Source of the DNA: Eledone cirrhosa
Taxonomy: Eukaryota
DNA length: 64,000 bases
Assembly: GCA_964016885.1 (NCBI GenBank)
Contig: OZ024743.1
Location: forward strand, 206,522,001-206,586,000
Reading direction: 5' to 3'
Below the pieces are notes generated by a model that did not search any database, was not told the origin of the DNA, and worked only from the letters and a program-made list of their open reading frames with translations. Shown here in pieces: positions 45,901-60,800 of this stretch. A program made the position numbers and the translations under genes. Within the stretch, counting starts at the first letter, position 1. Each line of letters opens with the position of its first letter.

Positions 45901-48900
45901 GACCACTGTATCAACACGATAGTCATAAGACCACTGTATCAACACCATAGACACAACTACTGTAATACCACTGTATCAACACCATAGTCACAACTACTTT
46001 AAGACCACTGTATCAACACCATAGTCATAACTACCGTAAGACCACTGTATCAACACCATAGTCACAACTACTGTAAGACCACTGTATCAACACCATAGTC
46101 ATAACTACTGTAAGAACACTGTATCAACACCATAGTCACAACTATTGTAAGACAACTGTATCAACACCACAGTCACAACTACAGTAAGACCACTGTATAA
46201 ACACCATAGTCAGAACTACTGTAAGACCACTGTATGAACACCATAGTCATAACTGCCGTAAGACAACTGTATCAACACCATAGTCATAACTAATGTAAGA
46301 CCACTGTATCAACACCATAGTCACAACTACAGTAAGACCACTGTATAAACACCAGAGTCACAACTACTGTAAAACCACTGTATCAACTCCACAGTCACAA
46401 CTACTGCAAGACCACTATATCAACACCACAACCACAACTACTGTAAGACCACTGTATCAACACCACAGTCATAACTACTCTAAGACCACTGTATCAACAC
46501 CACAGCCACAACTACTGTAAGACCACTGTATCAACACCATAATCACAACTACTGTAATACCACTGTATCAACACCATAATCACAACTACTGTAATACCAC
46601 TGTATCAACACCATAGTCACAGCTACTGTAAGACCACTGTATCAACACCATAGTCACAACTACTGTAAGACCACTGTATCAACACCATAGTCGCAACTAC
46701 TCTAAGACCACTGTATCAGCACCACAGTCACAACTACTGTAAGACCACTGTATTAACACCATAGTCACAAGTACTGTAAGACCACTGTATTAACACCATA
46801 TTCACAACTAGTGTAAGACGACTGTATCAACACCATAGTCACAACTACTGTAAGACACCTGTATCAACACCATAGTCATAACTACCGTAAGGCCACTCTA
46901 TCAACACCATAGTCATAACTACTGTAAGACCACTGTATAAAATCCATAGTCACAACTACTGTAAGACCACTGTATCAACAATACAGTCACAACTACTCTA
47001 AGACCACTGTATCAACACCACAGTCACAACTACTGTAAGACCACTGTATCAACACCATAGTCATAACTACCGTAAGACCAATGTATCAACACCATAGTCA
47101 TAAGACCACTGTATCAACACCATAGTCACAACTACTGTAAGACCAGTGTATCAACACCATAGTCATAACTACTGTAAGACCACTGTATCAACACCATAGT
47201 CATAAGACCACTGCATCAACACCATAGTCACAACTACTGTAATACCACTGTATCAACACCATAGTCACAACTACTGTAAGACCACTGTATCAACACCATA
47301 GTCATAACTACCGTAAGACCACTGTATCAGCACCATAGTCATAAGACCACTGTATCAACACCATAGTCACAACTACTGTAAGACCACTGTATCAACACCA
47401 TATACATAACTACTGTAAGAATACTGTATCAACACCATAGTCACAACTATTGTTAGACCACTGTATCAACACCACAGTCACAACTACAGTAAGACCACTG
47501 TATAAAAACCATAGTCACAACTACTGTAAGACCACTGTATCAACACCATAGTCATAACTAATGTAGGACCACTGTATCAACACCATAGTCACAACTACAG
47601 TAAGACCACTGTATAAACACCACAGTCATAACTACTGTAAGACCACTGTATCAACACCACAGTCACAACTACTGTAAGACCACTGTATCAACACCACAGT
47701 CACAACTATTGTAAGACCACTGTATCAACACCACAACCACAATTACTGTAAGACGACTGTATCAACACCACAGTCATAACTACTCTAAGACCACTGTATC
47801 AACACCACAGCCACAACTACTGTAAGACCACTGTATCAACACCATAATCACAACTACTGTAATACCACTGTATCAACACCATAGTCACAACTATTGTAAG
47901 ACCACTGTATCAACACTATAGTCACAACTGCTGTAAGACCACTGTATTAACACCATATTCACAACTAGTGTAAGACCACTGTATCAACACCATAGTCATA
48001 ACTACCGTAAGATGACTGTATCAACACCATAGTGACAATTATTGTAAGAGCACTGTATCAACACCACAGTCACAACTACAATAAGACCACTGTATCAACA
48101 CCATAGTCTTAACTACTGTAAGACCACTGTATCAACTAAGATGACTGTATCAACACCATAGTCACAACTATTGTAAGACCAATGTATCAACACCACAGTC
48201 ACAACTACAGTAAGACCACTTTATCAACACCATAAGACCACAACTGTAAGACCACTGTATCAACACCATAGTCACAACTACTGTAAGACCACTGTATCAA
48301 CACCATAGTCATAAGACCACTGTATAAACCCCATAGTCACAACGACTGTAAGACCACTGTATCTACACCATAGTCACAACTACTGTAATCCCACTGTATC
48401 AACAGCATAGTCATAACTACTCTACGACCACCGTATCAAAACCATAGTCACAACTACTATAAGACCACTGTATCAACACCATAGACATAAGACCACTGTA
48501 TCAACACCATAGTCACAACTACTGTAAGACCACTGTATCAACACCATAGTCATAACTACTGTAAGACCACTGTATCAACACCATAGTCATAAGACCACTG
48601 TATAAACACCATAGTCACAACTACTGTAGTACCACTGTATCAACACCATAGTCACACCTACTGTAGTACCACTGTATCAACACCATAGTCACAACTACTG
48701 TAAGACCACTTTATCAACACCACGGTCACAACTACTGTAAGATCACTGTATCAACACCATAGTCATAACTACCGTAAGACCACTGTATCAACACCATAGT
48801 CAAAAGACCACTGTATCAACACCATAGTCACAACTACTGTAAGACCACTGTATCAACACCACAGTCACAACTACAGTAAGACCACTGTATAAACACCATA

Positions 48901-51194
48901 GTCACAACGACTGTAAGACCACTGTATCAACACCATAATCATAACTACCGTAAGACCACTGTATCATCACCATAGTCATAACTAATGTAAGACCACTGTA
49001 TCAACACCATAGTCACAATAACTGTAAGAACACACTATCAACACCACAGTCATAACTACTGTAAGACCACTGTTTCAACACCACAGTCACAACTACTGTA
49101 AGACCACTGTATCAACACCACAACCACAACTACTGTAAAACCACTGTATCAACACCATAGTCACAACTACTGTAAGACCGCTGTATCAGCACCACAGTCA
49201 CAACTACTGTAAGACCACTTTATCAACACCATAGTCACAACTACTGTAAGACCACTGTATCAACACCATATTCACAACTACTGTAAGACCACTGTATCAA
49301 CACCATAGTCATAACTACCGTAAGACCACCTTATCAACACCATAGTCATAAGACCAATGTATCAACACCATAGTGACAACTACTGTAAGACCACTGTATC
49401 AACACCAGTCATAACTACTGTAAGACCACTCTATGAACACCACAGTCACAACTACAGTAAGACCACTTTATCAACACCATAGTCACAACTACTGTAAGAC
49501 CACTGTATCAACACCATAGTCACAACTACTGTAAGACCACTGTATCAACACCATAGTCATAAGTCCACTGTATCAACACCATAGTCACAATTACTGTAAG
49601 ACAACTGTATCTACACCATAGTCACAACTACTGTAAGAAAACTGTATCAACACCACAGCTACAACTACTGTAAGACCACTGTATCAACACCACAGCCACA
49701 ACTATTGTAAGACCATTGATTCAACACCGTAGTCACAACTACTGTAAGACCACTGTATCAACATCACAGTCACAACTACTGTAAGATCACTGTAACAACA
49801 CCACAGTCACAACTACTGTAAGACCATAGATTCAACACCGTAGTCACAACTACTGTAAGACCACTGTATCAACACCACAGTCACAACGTCTGTAAGATCA
49901 CTGTATCAACACAAAATTCACAACTACTGTAAGCCTACTGTATCAACACCATAGTCACAACTACTGTAAGACCACTGCATCAACACCATAGTCAGAACGT
50001 CTGTAATACCACTGTATCAACACCATAGTCACAACTACTGTAAGACCACTGTATAAACACCATAGTCATAACTACTGTAAGACCACTGTATAAAATCCAT
50101 AGTCACAACTACTGTAAGACCACTGTATCAACAATACAGTCACCACTACTCTAAGACCACTGTATCAACACCACAGTCACAACTACTGTAAGACCACTGT
50201 ATCAACACCATAGTCATAACTACCGAAATACCACTGTATCAACACCATAGTCATAAGACCACTGTATGAACACCATAGTTACAACTACTGTAAGACCATT
50301 GTATCAACACCATAGTCATAACTACTGTAAGACCACTGTATCAACACCATAGTCATAAGACCACTGTATTAACACCATAGTCACAACTACTGTAATACCA
50401 CTGTATCAAGACCATAGTCACAACTACTTTAAGACCACTGTATCAACACCATAGTCATAACTACCGTAAGACCACTGTATCAACACCAAAGTCATAAGAC
50501 CACTGTATCAACACCATAGTCACAACTACTGTAAGACCACTGTATCAACACCATAGTCATAACTAATGTAAGACCACTGTATCAACACCATAGTCATAAC
50601 TACCGTAAGACCACTGTATCAACACCATAGTCAGAAGACCACTGTATCAACAACATAGACACAACTACTGTAAGACCACTGTATCAACACCATAGTCACA
50701 ACTACTATAGTACCACTGTATCAACACCATAGTCACAACTACTGTTGTACCACTGTATCAACACCATAGTCACAACTACTGTAAGACCACTGTATCAACA
50801 CCACGGTCACAACTACTGTAAGATCACTGTATCAACACCATAGTCATAACGACCGTAAGACCACTGTATCAACACCATAGTCAAAAGACCACTGTATCAA
50901 CACCAGAGTCACAACTACTGTAGTACCACTGTATCAACACCATAGTCACAACTACTGTAAGACCACTTTATCAACACCACGGTCACAACTACTGTAAATC
51001 ACTGTATCAACACCATAGTCATAACTACCGTAAGACCACTGTATGAACACCATAGTCAAAAGACCACTGTATCAACACCATAGTCACAACTACTGTAAGA
51101 CCACTGTATCAACACCACAACCACAACTACAGTAAGACCACTTTATCAACACCATAGTCACAACTACTGTAAGACCACTGTATCAACAGCATAT
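30969..51194 (+). repeat. 10,113-bp near-identical tandem duplication (30969-41081 / 41082-51194)
   Basis: Constant offset of 10113 at TCGACACC (31141/41254), TAAGATGACTG insertion (38024/48137), GTTGTACC (40631/50744) and CAACAGCATATTC (41071/51184). Confidence 0.92.
34546..36002 (+). repeat. 722-bp tandem duplication nested in the 10.1-kb unit (repeated at ~44659-46115)
   Basis: AGAACGTC at 34581/35303 and GTATCTACCG at 34951/35673 give an offset of 722. ACACGATAG and GTCAAAAC also occur in both copies. Confidence 0.88.
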
Positions 51195-51879
51195 TCACAA
51201 CTACTGTAAGACCACTGTATCAACACCATAGTCATAACTACTGTAAGACCACTGTATCAACACCATAGTCATAAGACCACTGTATACACACCATAGTCAC
51301 AACTACTGTAGTACCACTGTATCAACACCATAGTCACAACTACTGTAGTACCACTGTATCAACACCATAGTCACAACTGCTGTAAGACCACTTTATCAAC
51401 ACCACGGTCACAACTACTGTAAGATCACTGTATCAACACCATAGTCATAACTACCGTAAGACCACTGTATCAACACCATAGTCAAAAGACCACTGTATCA
51501 ACACCATAGTCACAACTACTGTAAGACCACTGTATCAACACCACAGTCACAACTACAGTAAGACCACTGTATAAACACCATAGTCACAACGACTGTAAGA
51601 CCACTGTATCATCACCATAGTCATAACTAATGTAAGACCACTGTATCAACACCATAGTCATAACTACTGTAAGACCACTGTTTCAACACCACAGTCACAA
51701 CTACTGTAAGACCACCACAGTGACAACTACTGTAAGACCACTGTATCAACACCACAACCACAACTACTGTAAAACCACTGTATCAACACCATAGTCACAA
51801 CTACTGTAAGACCGCTGTATCAGCACCACAGTCACAACTACTGTAAGACCACTTTATCAACACCATAGTCACAACTACT

Positions 51880-54800
51880 GTAAGACCACTGTATCAACAC
51901 CATATTCACAACTACTGTAAGACCACTGTATCAACACCATAGTCATAACTACCGTAAGACCACCTTATCAACACCATAGTCATAAGACCACTGTATCAAC
52001 ACCATAGTGACAACTACTGTAAGACCACTGTATCAACACCATAGTCATAACTACTGTAAGACCACTCTATGAACACCACAGTCACAACTACAGTAAGACC
52101 ACTTTATCAACACCATAGTCACAACTACTGTAAGACCACTGTATCAACACCATAGTCACAACTACTGTAAGACTACTGTAAGACCACTGTATCAACACCG
52201 TAGTCATAAGTCCACTGTATCAACACCATAGTCACAATTACTGTAAGACAACTGTATCTACACCATAGTCACAACTACTGTAAGAACACTGTATCAACAC
52301 CACAGCTACAACTACTGTAAGATCACTGTATCAACACCACAGCCACAACTACTGTAAGACCATTGATTCAACTCCGTAGTCACAACTACTGTAAGACCAC
52401 TGTATCAACATCACAGTCACAACTACTGTAAGATCACTGTAACAACACCACAGCTACAACTACTGTATGACCACTGTATCAACACCACAGCCACAACTAC
52501 TGTAAGACCATTCATTCAACACCGTAGTCACAACTACTGTAAGACCACTGTATCAACACCACAGTCACAACGTCTGTAAGACCACTGTATCAACACAAAA
52601 TTCACAACTACTGTAAGCCTACTGTATCAACACCATAGTCACAACTACTGTAAGACCACTGTATAAACACCATAGTCATAACTACTGTAAGACCACTGTA
52701 TAAAATCCATAGTCACAACTACTGTAAGACCACTGTATCAACAATACAGTCACAACTACTCTAAGACCACTGTATCAACACCACAGTCACAACTACTGTA
52801 AGACCACTGTATCAACACCATAGTCATAACTACCGTAATACCACTGTATCAACACCATAGTCATAAGACCACTGTATGAACACCATAGTTACAACTACTG
52901 TAAGACCATTGTATCAACACCATAGTCATAACTACTGTAAGACCACTGTATCAACACCATAGTCATAAGACCACTGTATCAACACCATAGTCACAACTAC
53001 TGTAATACCACTGTATCAACACCATAGTCACAACTACTTTAAGACCACTGTATCAACACCATAGTCATAACTACCGTAAGACCACTGTATCAACACCAAA
53101 GTCATAAGACCACTGTATCAACACCATAGTCACAACTACTGTAAGACCACTGTATCAACACCATAGTCATAACTACTGTAAGACCACTGTATCAACACCA
53201 TAGTCATAAGACCACTGTATCAACAACATAGACACAACTACTGTAAGACCACTGTATCAACACCATAGTCAAAACTACTATAGTACCACTGTATCAACAC
53301 CATAGTCACAACTACTGTAGTACCACTGTATCAACACTATAGTCACAACTACTGTAAGACCACTGTATCAACACCACGGTCACAACTACTGTAAGATCAC
53401 TGTGTCAACACCATAGTCATAACGACCGTAAGACCACTGTATCAACACCATAGTCAAAAGACCACTGTATCAACACCATCGTCACAACTACTGTAAGACC
53501 ACTGTATCAACACCACAGTCACAACTACAGTAAGACCACTGTATCAACACCACAGTCACAACTACTCTAAGACCACTGTATCAACACCACAGCCACAGCT
53601 ACTGTAAGACCACTGTATCAACACAATAATCACAACTATTGTAAGACCACGGTATCAACACCGTAGTCACAACTACTGTAAGACCACTGTATCAACACCA
53701 CAGTCACAACGTCTGTAAGACCACTGAATAAACACCATAGTCACAACTACTGTAAGACCACTGTATCAACACCACAGTCACAACTAGTCTAAGACCACTG
53801 TATCAACACCACAGTCACAACTACTGTAAGCCCACTTATAGTCTAAGACCACTGTATCAACACCACAGTCACAACTACTGTAAGCCCACTTATAGTCATA
53901 ACTACTGTAAGACCACTGTATCAACACCATAGTCATAACTACTGTAAGATCAATGTATCAACACCATAGTCACAACTACTGTAAGACTACTGTGTCAGCA
54001 CCACAGTCACAACTACTGTAAGACCACTGTATCAACACCATAGTCATAACTACCGTAAAACCACTGTATCAACACCATAGTCACAACTACAGTAAGACCA
54101 CTGTATCAACACGATAGTCATAACTATTGTAAGACCACTGTATGAACACCACAATCACAACTACAGTAAGACCACAGTATCAACACCATAGTCACAACTA
54201 CTGTAAGACCACTGTATGAAAACAATAGTCATAACTACCGTAAGACCACTGTATCAACACCATATTCACAACTACTGTAAGACCACTGTATCAACACCAT
54301 AGTCATAACTACCGTAAGACCACCTTATCAACACCATAGTCATAAGACCACTGTATCAACACCATAGTGACAACTACTGTAAGACCACTGTATCAACACC
54401 ATAGTCATAACTACTGTAAGACCACTCTATGAACACCACAGTCACAACTACAGTAAGACCACTTTATCAACACCATAGTCACAACTACTGTAAGACCACT
54501 GTATCAACACCATAGTCACAACTACTGTAAGACTACTGTAAGACCACTGTATCAACACCATAGTCATATGTCCACTGTATCAACACCATAGTCACAATTA
54601 CTGTAAGACAACTGTATCTACACCATAGTCACAACTACTGTAAGAACACTGTATCAACACCACAGCTACAACTACTGTAAGACCACTGTATCAACACCAC
54701 AGCCACAACTACTGTAAGACCATTGATTCAACACCGTAGTCACAACTACTGTAAGACTACTGTATCAACATCACAGTCACAACTACTGTAAGATCACTGT

Positions 54801-57800
54801 AACAACACCACAGCTACAACTACTGTAAGACCACTGTATCAACACCACAGCCACAACTACTGTAAGACCATTGATTCAACACCGTAGTCACAACTACTGT
54901 AAGACCACTGTATCAACACCACAGTCACAACGTCTGTAAGACCACTGTATCAACACAAAATTCACAACTACTGTAAGCCTACTGTATCAACACCATAGTC
55001 ACAACTACTGTAAGACCACTGTATAAACACCATAGTCATAACTACTGTAAGACCACTGTATAAAATCCATAGTCACAACTACTGTAAGACCACTGTATCA
55101 ACAATACAGTCACAACTACTCTAAGACCACTGTATCAACACCACAGTCACAACTACTGTAAGACCACTGTATCAACACCATAGTCATAACTACCGTAATA
55201 CCACTGTATCAACACCATAGTCATAAGACCACTGTATGAACACCATAGTTACAACTACTGTAACACCATTGTATCAACACCATAGTCATAACTACTGTAA
55301 GACCACTGTATCAACACCATAGTCATAAGACCACTGTATCAACACCATAGTCACAACTACTGTAATACCACTGTATCAACACCATAGTCACAACTACTGT
55401 AAGACCACTGTATCAACACCATAGTCATAAGACCACTGTATCAACAACATAGACACAACTACTGTAAGACCACTGTATCAACACCATAGTCAAAACTACT
55501 ATAGTACCACTGTATCAACACCATAGTCACAACTACTGTAGTACCACTGTATCAACACCATAGTCACAACTACTGGAAGACCACTGTATCAACACCACGG
55601 TCACAACTACTGTAAGATCACTGTGTCAACATCATAGTCATAACGACCGTAAGACCACTGTATCAACACCATAGTCAAAAGACCACTGTATCAACACCAT
55701 CGTCACAACTACTGTAAGACCACTGTATCAACACCACAGTCACAACTACAGTAAGACCACTGTATCAACACCAGTCACAACTACTCTAAGACCACTGTAT
55801 CAACACCACAGCCACAACTACTGTAAGACCACTGTATCAACACAATAATCACAACTATTGTAAGACCACGGTATCAACACCGTAGTCACAACTACTGTAA
55901 GACCACTGTATCAACACCACAGTCACAACGTCTGTAAGACCACTGAATAAACACCATAGTCACAACTACTGTAAGACCACTGTATCAACACCACAGTCAC
56001 AGCTAGTCTAAGACCACTGTATCAACACCACAGTCACAACTACTGTAAGCCCACTTATAGTCTAAGACCACTGTATCAACACCACAGTCACAACTACTGT
56101 AAGCCCACTTATAGTCATAACTACTGTAAGACCACTGTATCAACACCATAGTCATAACTACTGTAAGATCACTGTATCAACACCATAGTCACAACTACTG
56201 TAAGACTACTGTGTCAGCACCACAGTCACAACTACTGTAAGACCACTGTATCAACACCATAGTCACAACTACAGTAAGACCACTGTATCAACACGATAGT
56301 CATAACTATTGTAAGACCACTGTATGAACACCACAATCACAACTACAGTAAGACCACAGTATCAACACCATAGTCACAACAAATGTAAGACCACTGTATG
56401 AAAACAATAGTCATAACTACCGTAAGACCACTGTATCAACACCATAGTCATAACTAATGTAAGACCACTGTATCAACACCATATTCACAACTACTGTAAG
56501 ACCACTGTATCAACACCATAGTCATAACGACCGTAAGACCACTGTATCAACACCATAGTCAAAAGACCACTGTATCAACACCATCGTCACAACTACTGTA
56601 AGACCACTGTATCAACACCACAGTCACAACTACAGTAAGACCACTCTATCAACACCAGTCACAACTACTCTAAGACCACTGTATCAACACCACAGCCACA
56701 ACTACTGTAAGACCACTGTATCAACACAATAATCACAACTATTGTAAGACCACGGTATCAACACCGTAGTCACAACTACTGTAAGACCACTGTATCAACA
56801 CCACAGTCACAACGTCTGTAAGACCACTGAATAAACACCATAGTCACAACTACTGTAAGACCACTGTATCAACACCACAGTCACAGCTAGTCTAAGACCA
56901 CTGTATCAACACCACAGTCACAACTACTGTAAGCCCACTTATAGTCTAAGACCACTGTATCAACACCACAGTCACAACTACTGTAAGCCCACTTATAGTC
57001 ATAACTACTGTAAGACCACTGTATCAACACCATAGTCATAACTACTGTAAGATCACTGTATCAACACCATAGTCACAACTACTGTAAGACTACTGTGTCA
57101 GCACCACAGTCACAACTACTGTAAGACCACTGTATCAACACCATAGTCACAACTACAGTAAGACCACTGTATCAACACGATAGTCATAACTATTGTAAGA
57201 CCACTGTATGAACACCACAATCACAACTACAGTAAGACCACAGTATCAACACCATAGTCACAACTACTGTATGACCACTGTATGAAAACAATAGTCATAA
57301 TTACCGTAAGACCACTGTATCAACACCATAGTCATAACTAATGTAAGACCACTGTATCAACACCATATTCACAACTACTGTAAGACCACTGTATCAACAC
57401 CATAGTCATAACTATCGTAAGACCACCTTATCAACACCATAGTCATAAGACCACTGTATCAACACCATAGTGACAACTACTGTAAGACCACTGTATCAAC
57501 ACCATAGTCATAACTACTGTAAGACCACTCTATGAACACCACAGTCACAACTACAGTAAGACCACTTTATCAACACCATAGTCACAACTACTGTAAGACC
57601 ACTGTATCAACACCATAGTCACAACTACTGTAAGACTACTGTAAGACCACTGTATCAACACCATAGTCATAGGTCCACTGTATCAACACCATAGTCACAA
57701 TTACTGTAAGACAACTGTATCTACACCATAGTCACAACTACTGTAAGAACACTGTATCAACACCACAGCTACAACTACTGTAAGACCACTGTATCAACAC

Positions 57801-60800
57801 CACAGCCACAACTACTGTAAGACCATTGATTCAACACCGTAGTCACAACTACTGTAAGACTACTGTATCAACATCACAGTCACAACTACTGTAAGATCAC
57901 TGTAACAACACCACAGCTACAACTACTGTAAGACCACTGTATCAACACCACAGCCACAACTACTGTAAGACCATTGATTCAACACTGTAGTCACAACTAC
58001 TGTAAGACCACTGTATCAACACCACAGTCACAACGTCTGTAAGACCACTGTATCAACACAAAATTCACAACTACTGTAAGCCTACTGTATCAACACCATA
58101 GTCACAACTACTGTAAGACCACTGTATAAACACCATAGTCATAACTACTGTAAGACCACTGTATAAAATCCATAGTCGCAACTACTGTAAGACCACTGTA
58201 TCAACAATACAGTCACAACTACTCTAAGACCACTGTATCAACACCACAGTCACAACTACTGTAAGACCACTGTATCAACACCATAGTCATAACTACCGTA
58301 ATACCACTGTATCAACACCATAGTCATAATACCACTGTATGAACACCATAGTTACAACTACTGTAACACCATTGTATCAACACCATAGTCATAACTACTG
58401 TAAGACCACTGTATCAACACCATAGTCATAAGACCACTGTATCAACACCATAGTCACAACTACTGTAATACCACTGTATCAACACCATAGTCACAACTAC
58501 TGTAAGACCACTGTATCAACACCATAGTCATAAGACCACTGTATCAACAACATAGACACAACTAATGTAAGACCACTGTATCAACACCATAGTCAAAACT
58601 ACTATAGTACCACTGTATCAACACCATAGTCACAACTACTGTAGTACCACTGTATCAACACCATAGTCACAACTACTGTAAGACCACTGTATCAACACCA
58701 CGGTCACAACTACTGTAAGATCACTGTGTCAACACCATAGTCATAACGACCGTAAGACCACTGTATCAACACCATAGTCAAAAGACCACTGTATCAACAC
58801 CATCGTCACAACTACTGTAAGACCACTGTATCAACACCACAGTCACAACTACAGTAAGACCACTGTATCAACACCAGTCACAACTACTCTAAGACCACTG
58901 TATCAACACCACAGCCACAACTACTGTTAGACCACTGTATCAACACAATAATCACAACTATTGTAAGACCACGGTATCAACACCGTAGTCACAACTACTG
59001 TAAGACCACTGTATCAACACCACAGTCACAACGTCTGTTAGACCACTGAATAAACACCATAGTCACAACTACTGTAAGACCACTGTATCAACACCACAGT
59101 CACAGCTAGTCTAAGACCACTGTATCAACACCACAGTCACAACTACTGTAAGCCCACTTATAGTCTAAGACCACTGTATCAACACCACAGTCACAACTAC
59201 TGTAAGCCCACTTATAGTCATAACTACTGTAAGACCACTGTATCAACACCATAGTCATAACTACTGTAAGATCACTGTATCAACACCATAGTCACAACTA
59301 CTGTAAGACTACTGTGTCAGCACCACAGTCACAACTACTGTAAGACCACTGTATCAACACCATAGTCACAACTACAGTAAGACCACTGTATCAACACGAT
59401 AGTCATAACTATTGTAAGACCACTGTATGAACACCACAATCACAACTACAGTAAGACCACAGTATCAACACCATAGTCACAACTACTGTAAGACCACTGT
59501 ATGAAAACAATAGTCATAACTACCGTAAGACCACTGTATCAACAGCATAGTCATAACTAATGTAAGACCACTGTATCAACACCATATTCACAACTACTGT
59601 AAGACCACTGTATCAACACCATAGTCATAACTACCGTAAGACCACCTTATCAACACCATAGTCATAAGACCACTGTATCAACACCATAGTGACAACTACT
59701 GTAAGACCACTGTATCAACACCATAGTCATAACTACTGTAAGACCACTCTATGAACACCACAGTCACAACTACAGTAAGACCACTTTATCAACACCATAG
59801 TCACAACTACTGTAAGACCACTGTATCAACACCATAGTCACAACTACTGTAAGACTACTGTAAGACCACTGTATCAACACCATAATCATAAGTCCACTGT
59901 ATCAACACCATAGTCACAATTACTGTAAGACAACTGTATCTACACCATAGTCACAACTACTGTAAGAACACTGTATCAACACCACAGCTACAACTACTGT
60001 AAGACCACTGTATCAACACCACAGCCACAACTACTGTAAGACCATTGATTCAACACCGTAGTCACAACTACTGTAAGACTACTGTATCAACATCACAGTC
60101 ACAACTACTGTAAGATCACTGTAACAACACCACAGCTACAACTACTGTAAGACCACTGTATCAACACCACAGCCACAACTACTGTAAGACCATTGATTCA
60201 ACACCGTAGTCACAACTACTGTAAGACCACTGTATCAACACCACAGTCACAACGTCTGTAAGACCACTGTATCAACACAAAATTCACAACTACTGTAAGC
60301 CTACTGTATCAACGCCATAGTCACAACTACTGTAAGACCACTGTATAAACACCATAGTCATAACTACTGTAAGACCGCCGTATAAAATCCATAGTCACAA
60401 CTACTGTAAGACCACTGTATCAAAAATACAGTCACAACTACTCTAAGACCACTGTATCAACACCACAGTCACAACTACTGTAAGAACACTGTATCAACAC
60501 CATAGTCATGACTACCGTAATACCACTGTATCAACACCATAGTCATAAGACCACTGTATGAACACCATAATTACAACTACTGTAACACCATTGTATCAAC
60601 ACCATAGTCATAACTACTGTAAGACCACTGTATCAACACCATAGTCATAAGACCACTGTATCAACACCACAGTCACAACGTCTGTAAGACCACTGTATCA
60701 ACACAAAATTCACAACTACTGTAAGCCTACTGTATCAACACCATAGTCACAACTACTGTAAGACCACTGTATAAACACCATAGTCATAACTACTGTAAGA

